Shown here one piece after another: positions 16,819 through 24,661 of a DNA stretch of 52,198 bases. Source of the DNA: Gaiellales bacterium. GTDB lineage: Bacteria > Actinomycetota > Thermoleophilia > Gaiellales > JAICJC01. Location: positions 1 through 52,198 of the forward strand of contig DATLLX010000016.1 of the NCBI GenBank assembly GCA_035537595.1. The letters run 5' to 3'. The notes beneath the pieces are model-generated. The model did not search any database. It had not been told where the DNA came from and saw nothing but the letters and a program-made list of their open reading frames with translations. Each line of letters starts with the position of its first letter. The stretch's first letter is position 1. Both the position numbers and the translations under genes were made by a program.

Positions 16819-17723
16819 GATCGCCGTTCGTGATCGCCACCATCGCACTGCTGGCCGCCGGGTGCGGCCAGGGCAGTGCCCAGGTCGTCTCCAGCGTCTC
16901 GCCCGGCGGGGGGCCCGTGTCCAGCGGGCCGCCGGCCACCCAGCCTCCCCCCGACTCCGGTGGCGGCTCCAGCACCCCGCCGCCGGCGCCGGCCGAGACC
17001 ACGACCGTCCAGACCTGGTTCATCCGCGGCGAGACGCTGTGGTACGCCACCACGCGCGTCGACCGCCAGCCGGGGATCGGCTCCGCGGCCGTGCGCGCCC
17101 TGCTGGCCGGCCCCTCCGCCGAGCTTCGGGCGGCCGGCGTCGGCTCCGTCGTCCCCGCCGGCACGCAGCTGCTCGGCCTCGATATCGGCGACGGGATCGC
17201 CACCGTCGACCTCAGCTCGGAGTACGCGTCGGGCGGCGGCTCGCTGTCCGAGCAGATGCGCCTGGCCCAGCTCGTGTACACGCTGACCCAGTTCCCGACG
17301 GTCAAAGGGGTGCGCCTGAAGCTCGACGGCAAGGACACCACCGTGTTCTCGGGGGAGGGCATCGTGCTGCCCGACCCGATGCGCCGGTCGAGCTTCGCCG
17401 ACCTGCTGCCGCCGATCCTGGTCGAGAGCCCGGGCATCGGCGAGACGGTGTCCGGGCCGCTGGTGGTCAAGGGCACGGCCAACGTGTTCGAGGCCAACGT
17501 CGGCATCGAGGTGCGCACGGAGTCGGGCAAGGTGCTGGCCCGGACATTCACCACCGCGACCTGCGGCACCGGCTGCCGCGGCCGCTATCAGAAGACGATC
17601 GACATCACCGTCAGCCGGCGAACGCAGGTGACGCTGATCGTCCATGACGACGACGCTGCGGGGACGGGCACCCCGCCGCACCAGGTCGTGATCCCGTTGA
17701 CCCTGATGCCGGCAGGATCCTGA
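16815..17723 (+). CDS. Lipoprotein with GerMN-like and Gmad2-like domains (short LpqB-like)
   Basis: The lipobox is LLAAGC, followed by a Pro/Gly/Ser-rich linker and then the same domain pair as 13827..14627. The ATG overlaps the kinase stop (ATGA), matching the mtrA-mtrB-lpqB arrangement of Actinobacteria. Confidence 0.85.
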   Translation: MRSPFVIATIALLAAGCGQGSAQVVSSVSPGGGPVSSGPPATQPPPDSGGGSSTPPPAPAETTTVQTWFIRGETLWYATTRVDRQPGIGSAAVRALLAGPSAELRAAGVGSVVPAGTQLLGLDIGDGIATVDLSSEYASGGGSLSEQMRLAQLVYTLTQFPTVKGVRLKLDGKDTTVFSGEGIVLPDPMRRSSFADLLPPILVESPGIGETVSGPLVVKGTANVFEANVGIEVRTESGKVLARTFTTATCGTGCRGRYQKTIDITVSRRTQVTLIVHDDDAAGTGTPPHQVVIPLTLMPAGS

Positions 17724-19217
17724 TCAGCCCAGCGCGCGCCCGACGGCCTCGTCGATCAGGCCGTCGGGCACGTCGACGCCGTGTACCGGCTTGCCGACCC
17801 GCTCGAGCAGCGCGAACCTGATACGCCCCGCCCTGGCCTTCTTGTCCCTGGCCAGGGCGACCCGCACGTCCTCCGCCGCGAGGCCCGTCGCCACCGTCGG
17901 CAGGCCGTGGCGGACGAGCAGCTCCCGCACCTCCTCCTCGACGGCCGGGTCGAGTCCGGCAAGCCGCGAGGACAGCCACAGCGCCGGCAACAACCCGATG
18001 GCGACCGCCTCACCGTGCGCGATCCGTGAGTACCCGGCGGCCGCCTCGATGGCGTGGCCGATCGAATGCCCCAGGTTGAGCACGGCCCGCAGCCCGCGCT
18101 CTTCGGGATCGACGCTGACCACGTGCGCCTTGTACGCGGCGCAGCGGCGGATCAGCTCCAGCCGCGCGTCCGCGGTGCCGCGGCCGGGCTCCCACCCCCG
18201 CACCATGTCCCACAGCCGGCCGCCGGCCAGCAGGCCGGTCTTGATCACCTCGGCGAAGCCGCACGACCATTCGCGCAGCGGCAGCGTCTCGAGCACGGCC
18301 GGGTCGTTCACCACCCACTCGGCCTGGTGGAACGCCCCGACGATATTCTTGGCGGCCGGCAGGTCGATCGCGGTCTTGCCGCCGATCGCGGCGTCGACCA
18401 TGCCCAGCAGCGAGGTGGGAACGGCGATCCAGGGCACGCCGCGCTGGTAGGTGGCCGCGATGAAGCCGGCGGCATCGGTCGCCGCACCGCCTCCGAAGCC
18501 GACCACCACGTCTCCCCGCTCCAGCCCCAGGTCGGCCAGGCGCGTCCAGGCCTGGCGGGCGACGGCGACCGTCTTCGCAGCCTCTCCCTGAGGTAGCCGC
18601 ACGGTCACGAACGGCTCGGCCGGCGGGCCGACCAGCCGCAGCACCGAGCGATCGGCGATCAGGGCCATCCGCCGCGCCGCCGCCAGCCGGGGCAGCTCGG
18701 CGAGCGCCCCCGGCCGGGCCAGCGGCACCAGCAGCGCCTCGGTGCCGGGAGCCAGATCGGCGTCGACCAACCCGTCCGCGGCGGCGTGGTAGGTGGCCTG
18801 CCGCTGCTCGTAGAGGCGGGCGAACCCCCGAGCGTCAGCGGCCAGCGGCCGGTCACCGGCCTCGGCCTCGATCCGCCGCCAGGCGGTCTGCGGGGAGACG
18901 TCGAGCAGCACCGTGAACGAGCCGTCGCGCAGCCGCTCCCGGGTGAGCGGCGACCTCACCGCGCCGCCGCCCAGCGACAGCACCGTGTCGATCCGCTGCA
19001 GCAGGTCGCCGGCGACACGCTCCTCGAGCGCCCGGAAGGCCGGCTCGCCGTCCTCCTCGAAGATCCGGGCGATCGGCCGGCCGGCCGCAGCCTCGATGGC
19101 GGCGTCCGCATCGACGAAGTCCCAGCCCAGGCGTTGGGCCAGCAGCCGCCCGGTGGAGCTCTTGCCGGCGCCCATGAAGCCGATCAGCGCCAGATTCCGG
19201 TACGGGCCGGGGATCAT
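17724..19217 (-). CDS. aroK/aroB: Bifunctional shikimate kinase / 3-dehydroquinate synthase (AroK-AroB fusion)
   Basis: The N-terminus is LALIGFMGAGKSSTGRLLAQRLGWDFVDAD (AroK P-loop). AroB follows from about aa 170: GGGAATDAAGFIAATYQRGVPWIAVPTSLLGMVDAAIGGKTAIDL...NLGHSIGHAIE. Confidence 0.9.
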   Translation of the reverse strand: MIPGPYRNLALIGFMGAGKSSTGRLLAQRLGWDFVDADAAIEAAAGRPIARIFEEDGEPAFRALEERVAGDLLQRIDTVLSLGGGAVRSPLTRERLRDGSFTVLLDVSPQTAWRRIEAEAGDRPLAADARGFARLYEQRQATYHAAADGLVDADLAPGTEALLVPLARPGALAELPRLAAARRMALIADRSVLRLVGPPAEPFVTVRLPQGEAAKTVAVARQAWTRLADLGLERGDVVVGFGGGAATDAAGFIAATYQRGVPWIAVPTSLLGMVDAAIGGKTAIDLPAAKNIVGAFHQAEWVVNDPAVLETLPLREWSCGFAEVIKTGLLAGGRLWDMVRGWEPGRGTADARLELIRRCAAYKAHVVSVDPEERGLRAVLNLGHSIGHAIEAAAGYSRIAHGEAVAIGLLPALWLSSRLAGLDPAVEEEVRELLVRHGLPTVATGLAAEDVRVALARDKKARAGRIRFALLERVGKPVHGVDVPDGLIDEAVGRALG

Positions 19218-20398
19218 GCCCCGGAGATCCGCGCCATGTAGGCACGGTGGGCGGCGACCAGGTCGTCCACCGAATCGCCGCCGAACTTCTCCAGGGCGGC
19301 ACGGGCCAGCTCGAAGGCCAGCGCCGCCTCGGCCACCACGGCGGCGGCCGGCAGCACGGTCACGTCGCTGCGCTCGACGTGGGCCTCGCGGGGCTCGTGG
19401 CTGCCCAGCTCGACCGAGCGCAGCGGTCGCATCAGGGTCGGCAGCGGCTTCCAGATCGTCCGCACCACCAGATCGGCACCATTCGTCATGCCCCCCTCGA
19501 GGCCGCCGGCGCGATCGGTCTGGCGGTAATACCCCCGTTCCTCCGAGTGCAGGATCTCGTCGTGCACGCTCGATCCCCGGCGCCCTGCGCCGGCGATCGC
19601 ATCGCCGATCTCGACGCCTTTCGCCGACTGGATCGAAAGCATGGCCGCTGCGATCCGGCCGTCCAGCCGCTGGCCGGCCGATACGTGCGACCCCAGGCCC
19701 GGCGGCACGTTGAACGCTCGGGTCTCGGTGACGCCGCCCAGCGTATCCCGCTCGCGCTTGGCGGCCTCGATCTCCTCGATCATCGCCCGCTCCGCACCGG
19801 GGTCGAGGCAGCGCACCTCCGAGCGCTCGGCTCGGTCGAAGTCCTCCACCTGGAGCCAGGCGGGTGCGGTCGCCCGGACGCTGCCGACCTGCAGCACATG
19901 CGACCGCACCTCGATTCCGATCGCCCCGATGATGGCCTTCGCCACGGCGCCGGCCGCCACCCTGGCCGCGGTCTCCCGGGCGCTGGCCCGTTCCAGCACG
20001 TTGCGGACGTCCTCATGGCCGTACTTGAGGACGCCCGGCAGGTCGGCGTGGCCCGGCCGCGGCAGCGACACCGGCTTGCCCCGCCAGCCGTACTCCTCGA
20101 GCGCTTCGTCGGTCACCGGCCAGGCGCTCATCGGATGCGTCCAGTTCCTATGGTCGCGGTTCTGGATGAACATGGCGATCGGGCTGCCCAGCGTGCGGCC
20201 GTGGCGGACGCCGGCCGTCACCTCGGCATCGTCCTGCTCCAGCTTCTGCCGTGGGCTGCGGCCGTAGCCGGCCTGCCGGCGCGCCAGGTCGCGGCGGATC
20301 GCCTCACGGTCGAGCTCCAGCCCCGCGGGCGCCCCGCTGACGACGACGGTCAACCCGGGGCCGTGCGACTCGCCCGCCGTCACATACGAGAGCTCCAT
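19214..20398 (-). CDS. aroC: Chorismate synthase
   Basis: MELSYVTAGESHGPGLTVVVSGAPAGLEL...GYGRSPRQK...RPGHAD...ERASARETAARVA. ATG 20396-20398 was verified. The 96 upstream residues in the track ORF are an Arg/Pro-rich extension. Confidence 0.95.
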   Translation of the reverse strand: MELSYVTAGESHGPGLTVVVSGAPAGLELDREAIRRDLARRQAGYGRSPRQKLEQDDAEVTAGVRHGRTLGSPIAMFIQNRDHRNWTHPMSAWPVTDEALEEYGWRGKPVSLPRPGHADLPGVLKYGHEDVRNVLERASARETAARVAAGAVAKAIIGAIGIEVRSHVLQVGSVRATAPAWLQVEDFDRAERSEVRCLDPGAERAMIEEIEAAKRERDTLGGVTETRAFNVPPGLGSHVSAGQRLDGRIAAAMLSIQSAKGVEIGDAIAGAGRRGSSVHDEILHSEERGYYRQTDRAGGLEGGMTNGADLVVRTIWKPLPTLMRPLRSVELGSHEPREAHVERSDVTVLPAAAVVAEAALAFELARAALEKFGGDSVDDLVAAHRAYMARISGA

Positions 20399-20505
20399 GC
20401 GCGTGAGCGTACTTGAGCGCGGTCGAGGGGGGTCCCGGAAAGCGCGATCGGGAGGGGCGGCACCGCGCGAGGCCCCAGTGGAGAGCCTGTGCAACGATCC
20501 ACCGC

Positions 20506-21471
20506 ATGCCGGGCCTCTATCCCGATATCGAGCCCCACGCCGGCGGCATGCTCGACGTGGGCGACGGCCACCGGATCCGCTGGGAGGTGAGCGGCAACCC
20601 GCGGGGCAGGCCCGCGGTGGTGCTCCACGGCGGCCCCGGATCGGGCTGCACGCCCTGGCACCGGCGGCTGTTCGACCCGGCGGCATACCGGATCGTGCTG
20701 TTCGACCAGCGGGGGTGCGGCGGCAGCACCCCGCACGCCGGCGCGCCGTCGATCGATCTCACGAGCAACACTACGCCGCACCTGCTAGCCGACATCGAGG
20801 TGCTCCGCGCACACCTGGAGATCGAACGCTGGCTGGTGGTCGGCGGATCCTGGGGCAGCACGCTGGCGCTGGCCTACGCCGAGCGACATCCGGAGCGCGT
20901 CAGCGGGCTGATCCTGTTCGGCGTCAGCACCTCGCGGCGGTGGGAGGCGGACTGGCTGTTCCGCGGCGGCATCGCGCCCATGTTTCCGGCCCAGTGGCAC
21001 CGCCTGCGGCATGCGCTGCCGGCCTCCCAACGGGACTCCGACATCGTCGAGGCCTACAGCGGGCTGCTGCACGACCCCGACCCCGCCGTCCGCCAGCACG
21101 CCGCGCTGGAGTGGTGCATGTGGGAGTCGGCCACGCCCGACTGGCCGCCCGCCACCGGGCTCGCCCGGCGGTTCCGGGATCCCGCCTTCGCGCTGGCGTT
21201 CGCCCGCCTCGTCACCCACTACATCCGCCACGATCTCTGGCTGGAGGAGAACGAGCTGATGCACGGAGTGGGCCGGCTGGCGGGCATCCGCGGCGTCATG
21301 ATCAACGGCCGCTTCGACATCCAGGCCCCGCTCGCCACGGCCTGGGAGCTGCAGCGCGCGTGGCCTGACAGCGAGCTGGTGGTGGTCGAGAACGCCGGCC
21401 ACTCGGCCGCCAACCCCGGAATCGCGGAGGAGCTGGTGCGGGCCACCGACCGGTTCGCGGCGCAGCGATGA
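20506..21471 (+). CDS. pip: Prolyl aminopeptidase (proline iminopeptidase, alpha/beta hydrolase)
   Basis: MPGLYPDIEPHAGGMLDVGDGHRIRWEVSGNPRGRPAVVLHGGPGSG...LFDQRGCGGSTPHA...VVGGSWGSTLALAYA. Confidence 0.9.
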   Translation: MPGLYPDIEPHAGGMLDVGDGHRIRWEVSGNPRGRPAVVLHGGPGSGCTPWHRRLFDPAAYRIVLFDQRGCGGSTPHAGAPSIDLTSNTTPHLLADIEVLRAHLEIERWLVVGGSWGSTLALAYAERHPERVSGLILFGVSTSRRWEADWLFRGGIAPMFPAQWHRLRHALPASQRDSDIVEAYSGLLHDPDPAVRQHAALEWCMWESATPDWPPATGLARRFRDPAFALAFARLVTHYIRHDLWLEENELMHGVGRLAGIRGVMINGRFDIQAPLATAWELQRAWPDSELVVVENAGHSAANPGIAEELVRATDRFAAQR

Positions 21472-21531
21472 GTTGGCACCGGCGCTTCGGTCTCACCGGA
21501 TGACACCGTGATCTCGACCCAAGGAGTGGCA

Positions 21532-22104
21532 ATGAGGCGCATCGTCGTATCCGAGTTCGTATCGCTGGACGGGGTGATCGAGGATCCCGGCGGAGCCGAG
21601 GGCTTCGACCGCGGCGGCTGGGCCTTCAAGTTCGAGCGCGGGCCGGAGGGCGACCGGTTCAAGCTGGACGAGGTGATGGAGGCCGATGCCATGCTGCTCG
21701 GTCGCATCACCTATCAGGGGTTCGCGGAGGCGTGGCCCTCACGGACCGACGAGGCCGGATTCGCCGACAAGATGAACGGCATGCAGAAGTACGTCGTGTC
21801 GAGCACGCTCGAGCAGGCGGACTGGAACAACTCGACGGTGATCGGCGGCGATGTGCCGGCGGAGATCGCGAAGCTGAAGCAGGGGCCGGGCGGCGACATC
21901 CTGGTCGCCGGCAGCGCGCGCCTGGTGCAGACGCTGCACGCGCACGGCCTGGTCGACGAGTACCGGCTGATGGTCTTCCCCACCGTGCTCGGCGCCGGCA
22001 AACGGCTGTTCTCCGACGGCGGCGAGGCGACCGCCCTCGAGGTGGTCGAAGCGCGCCCGGCCGGGGAGGTGGTGATCATGATCCTGCGGCCGCGCGCGTC
22101 CTAG
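21532..22104 (+). CDS. Dihydrofolate reductase-family protein (RibD C-terminal domain type)
   Basis: MRRIVVSEFVSLDGVIEDPGG...LLGRITYQGFAEAWP...KYVVSSTL...DILVAGSARLVQTL..GLVDEYRLMVFPTVLGAGKRLF. AAGGAG (21521-21526) lies 5 nt before ATG 21532. Confidence 0.8.
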   Translation: MRRIVVSEFVSLDGVIEDPGGAEGFDRGGWAFKFERGPEGDRFKLDEVMEADAMLLGRITYQGFAEAWPSRTDEAGFADKMNGMQKYVVSSTLEQADWNNSTVIGGDVPAEIAKLKQGPGGDILVAGSARLVQTLHAHGLVDEYRLMVFPTVLGAGKRLFSDGGEATALEVVEARPAGEVVIMILRPRAS

Positions 22105-22201
22105 AACCTGGCCGACCGATGGGCGTGGCCGTCGGGTTGATGCTCGCCGCCGCCGGGGCGTTCGTGCACCATGCCCGAAGGCGGCTGCCGCCTGAGCTCA
22201 G

Positions 22202-22840
22202 CTAGCGGCCGCCGAGCAGGTACGGCGAGATGTCGGGCCCGAACAGCAGACCGACGACCGCGCCGACGGCCAGGAACGGCCCGAACGGGAAGCCGATCTT
22301 GCGGGCCCGTGTGCCCACGGTCAGCATCAGGTACCCGGAGAGCAGCGTCGAGAGCATGAACGCGGCGAACAGGGCGGTGAAGGCATATTTGCCCAGGCCG
22401 AGGCCGATCATCAGCGCCATCTTGACGTCGCCCAGCCCCATGCCCTTGGGAGAGACGACCCAGGCGGTGCCCAGGAAGGCGAAGCAGGCGGCGCCGCCGA
22501 TCAGCAGCTCCAGCCAGCGGTCGGGCTGCGCGATCACGGCCAGGGTGTAGACGAGCACAGCGCCCGGCAGGTTGATCACGTCCGGGATGATCCGGTGGTT
22601 GAGGTCGATCAGGGAGGCGGGCACGATCAGCGCCGTCAGCACCAGGGCGGGAACCAGCTGCGCCTCGAATCCGATCTGCAGGGCGAGGGCGGCGAACAGG
22701 CCGGCGGTCAAGGCGGCGGCAATCCAGCGCCGGCGGGTCGACGGCGCCGTGCCCTGGCCCAGCGGGAACCGCTGGACGAGCCATTCGATTGGCCAGCCGA
22801 GGGCGAACCCGATGCCGGCGAGGGGAAGGACGGCTTCCAT
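22202..22840 (-). CDS. A24-family prepilin peptidase (short form, no N-terminal Cys-rich domain)
   Basis: A polytopic membrane protein starting at MEAVLPLAGIGF. The two catalytic Asp motifs are LIDLNHRIIPD and GMGLGDVKM (GxGD). ATG 22838-22840 was verified. The 387-aa track ORF is a read-through from the aroE remnant. Confidence 0.85.
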   Translation of the reverse strand: MEAVLPLAGIGFALGWPIEWLVQRFPLGQGTAPSTRRRWIAAALTAGLFAALALQIGFEAQLVPALVLTALIVPASLIDLNHRIIPDVINLPGAVLVYTLAVIAQPDRWLELLIGGAACFAFLGTAWVVSPKGMGLGDVKMALMIGLGLGKYAFTALFAAFMLSTLLSGYLMLTVGTRARKIGFPFGPFLAVGAVVGLLFGPDISPYLLGGR

Positions 22841-22887
22841 GTGCCCTACTATCGGCCGGCCGGGGTGTGGCCTGTAGAGCCGGGCCG

Positions 22888-23299
22888 TCAGCCGCGGGCG
22901 GCCGCGCGCATGACGTCGGCCGGCGGCTCGACCCCGGTGAACAGCCTGAACGCGTGGATGCCCTGCCCGACCAGCACGTCGATGCCGTCGACCGTCCGTG
23001 CCCCGGCCCGGCGGGCGGCGTCGATCAGCGGCGTGGCCGTCGTCTGCGATCGAGTCGCACAGGCCCGCCACCGCTTCCTTGTGGGGAATCGTCACGTTGA
23101 CGCCGGCGAATCCCAGCGCGGGCAGCCCCCGCAGCGCCGGCGCCAGCCGTTCCGGCCGCACCGGCAGCGCCACGTAGGCCCAGTCCATGCCCAGTGCCTC
23201 GAACGCGGCGTTGTGCATCTGTGGCGACCGCGAGTGCTCGACCGGCCAGCCGATCACTCCCGCCAGCCTGGTCGTCCCGCGCAGGCGGTCAGCCGCCAT
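22888..23299 (-). pseudogene. aroE: Shikimate dehydrogenase (aroE) remnant: an N-terminal substrate domain joined out of frame to the C-terminal about 50 aa; the NADP-binding Rossmann domain is missing
   Basis: Frame A from ATG 23299 reads MAADRLRGTTRLAGVIGWPVEHSRSPQMHNAAFEALGMDWAYVALPV...GFAGVNVTIPHKEAVAGLCDS. A different frame from about 23040 reads TATPLIDAARRAGARTVDGIDVLVGQGIHAFRLFTGVEPPADVMRAAARG, ending at TGA 22888-22890. Confidence 0.7.
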
Positions 23300-24275
23300 G
23301 CGCGTGCTTGTTGAAGTCGTCGAGGTTGTCGGTGAAGTAGTGGCGGCCGCTGTCGCCGATCGCAACGTAGTACAGGTAGTCGACCTTGGCGGGGTTGGCG
23401 GCTGCCTCCATCGACTTCAGGCCGGGGTTGCAGATCGGCGTCGGGGTCAGGCCGTGCACCACCCTGGTGTTGTATGGCGTCGGCGCCGCCAGCTCGGAGA
23501 CGGTCAGCTGGTGCGTCCACGATCCGAGCTCGTAGAGCAGCGTCGCGTCGATCTGAAGCGCCATGCCGAGGTGCAGCCGGTTGTAGATGACGGCGGAGAT
23601 CAGCGGCCGGTCGTGGTCGACGGCGGCCTCGCGCTCGATCATCGAGGCGATCTTGAGCACGTCGTAGCTGGTCAGGTTCTTCGACTCGGCGTAGGTCATG
23701 TCGACCTGGGCGAACGCCTGCTCGAACGCCGTCAGCTGCTGGCTGACCAGAGCCTGCGCAGTGGTCTTCGGCTTGATCTGGTAGGTGGCGGGGAACAGGA
23801 AGCCCTCCATGCTCCTGGCCTCCGGGAACCCGGGCGGCGGCGCGGCCTGCTGCACCGCGGCCAGATACTGCTTCCTCGTGATCCCGGTCCTGGCCGCGAC
23901 CAGGTCGGCGATCTCGGTCAGCCGCAAACCCTCCGGAATCGTCAGCGGCACGGTCACCAGCGGCGGCGGCCCGGCGTTCAGCCTGTCGATGATCCTGTCG
24001 TAGTCGGTACCGGCCTGGAACCGATAGGTGCCGGCCTTGAAGTCGGCGCCCTCGCCCTGCTCCTTGGCGTAGTTTCGGAACCGCCCGCCGTCGGTGACGA
24101 TGCCGGCGGTCTGCAGCTGGTCGCCGATCTCGACGGCGGTCGATCCGCTGGGGATCTTGACCGTCAGCGCCGGCCCGTGCGGATCGGCCGACGGTTTGGA
24201 GGAGTCGGGGAGCAGGTGCCGCCCGACCTCGAACACGGCAAGCAGCGCGGCCACGAAGACCGCGACGATGATCAG
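23289..24275 (-). CDS. mltG: Endolytic murein transglycosylase MltG (YceG-like). The start is non-canonical or uncertain.
   Basis: TIPEGLRLTEIADLV, FLFPATYQI, LKIASMIEREAAVDHDRPLISAVIYNRL..GMALQIDATLLY and YNTR...GLTPTPICNPG. The track start is GTG 24254, but the N-terminal hydrophobic anchor continues upstream to CTG 24273-24275. Confidence 0.85.
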   Translation of the reverse strand: MIIVAVFVAALLAVFEVGRHLLPDSSKPSADPHGPALTVKIPSGSTAVEIGDQLQTAGIVTDGGRFRNYAKEQGEGADFKAGTYRFQAGTDYDRIIDRLNAGPPPLVTVPLTIPEGLRLTEIADLVAARTGITRKQYLAAVQQAAPPPGFPEARSMEGFLFPATYQIKPKTTAQALVSQQLTAFEQAFAQVDMTYAESKNLTSYDVLKIASMIEREAAVDHDRPLISAVIYNRLHLGMALQIDATLLYELGSWTHQLTVSELAAPTPYNTRVVHGLTPTPICNPGLKSMEAAANPAKVDYLYYVAIGDSGRHYFTDNLDDFNKHAHGG

Positions 24276-24661
24276 CCGAGCAGCCGCCGCAGATACCCCT
24301 CGAGGAGATGGGCCGCGGCCACCGCGTCCTCGTCGCTCGGGCCGCCCGTAGACCTGCCGGCCAGCGCGGTCGTGAACCGCTCGTCGTACGTCTCCACAGG
24401 CAACGAGCAGCGGCCCGCCAGCTCGGAGACGAACAGCCTCGTCTCGCGTGCCTGCTCGCCCTCCTCGCCGCGCAGCGTCAGCGGCAGGCCGATCACGATC
24501 CGCTCCGGCTCGTGCTCGTCGACCAGCTGCAGCAGCTCCTGCATCCCGGCCTTCGACCGCACCCTGCGAACGACCGCCAGCGGCCGGGCCAGAGTGCCGG
24601 TCGGGTCGCTGATGGCGACGCCCGTCCGGGCCCGGCCGTAGTCCAGGGCGAGGATCCTCAT
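24272..24661 (-). CDS. ruvX: Holliday-junction-resolvase-like putative pre-16S rRNA nuclease RuvX/YqgF
   Basis: MRILALDYGRARTGVAISDPTGTLARPL...IVIGLPLTLRGEEGEQA...DERFTT. The ATG overlaps the alaS stop (ATGA). Confidence 0.9.
   Translation of the reverse strand: MRILALDYGRARTGVAISDPTGTLARPLAVVRRVRSKAGMQELLQLVDEHEPERIVIGLPLTLRGEEGEQARETRLFVSELAGRCSLPVETYDERFTTALAGRSTGGPSDEDAVAAAHLLEGYLRRLLG

Noticed and set aside
22105-22201. Small hairpins (for example GGCGG-CTG-CCGCC near 22174-22186) between the convergent DHFR-like and peptidase genes, considered as an intrinsic terminator.
   Set aside because: The stem is only 5 bp with no U-tract. Such hairpins occur by chance at this G+C content.
22202-23365. 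The 387-aa ORF read as an AroE-prepilin peptidase fusion protein.
   Set aside because: The middle about 75 residues are out-of-frame nonsense. The real AroE C-terminus is readable in another frame and ends at its own stop (22888-22890). The peptidase has its own ATG at 22840.
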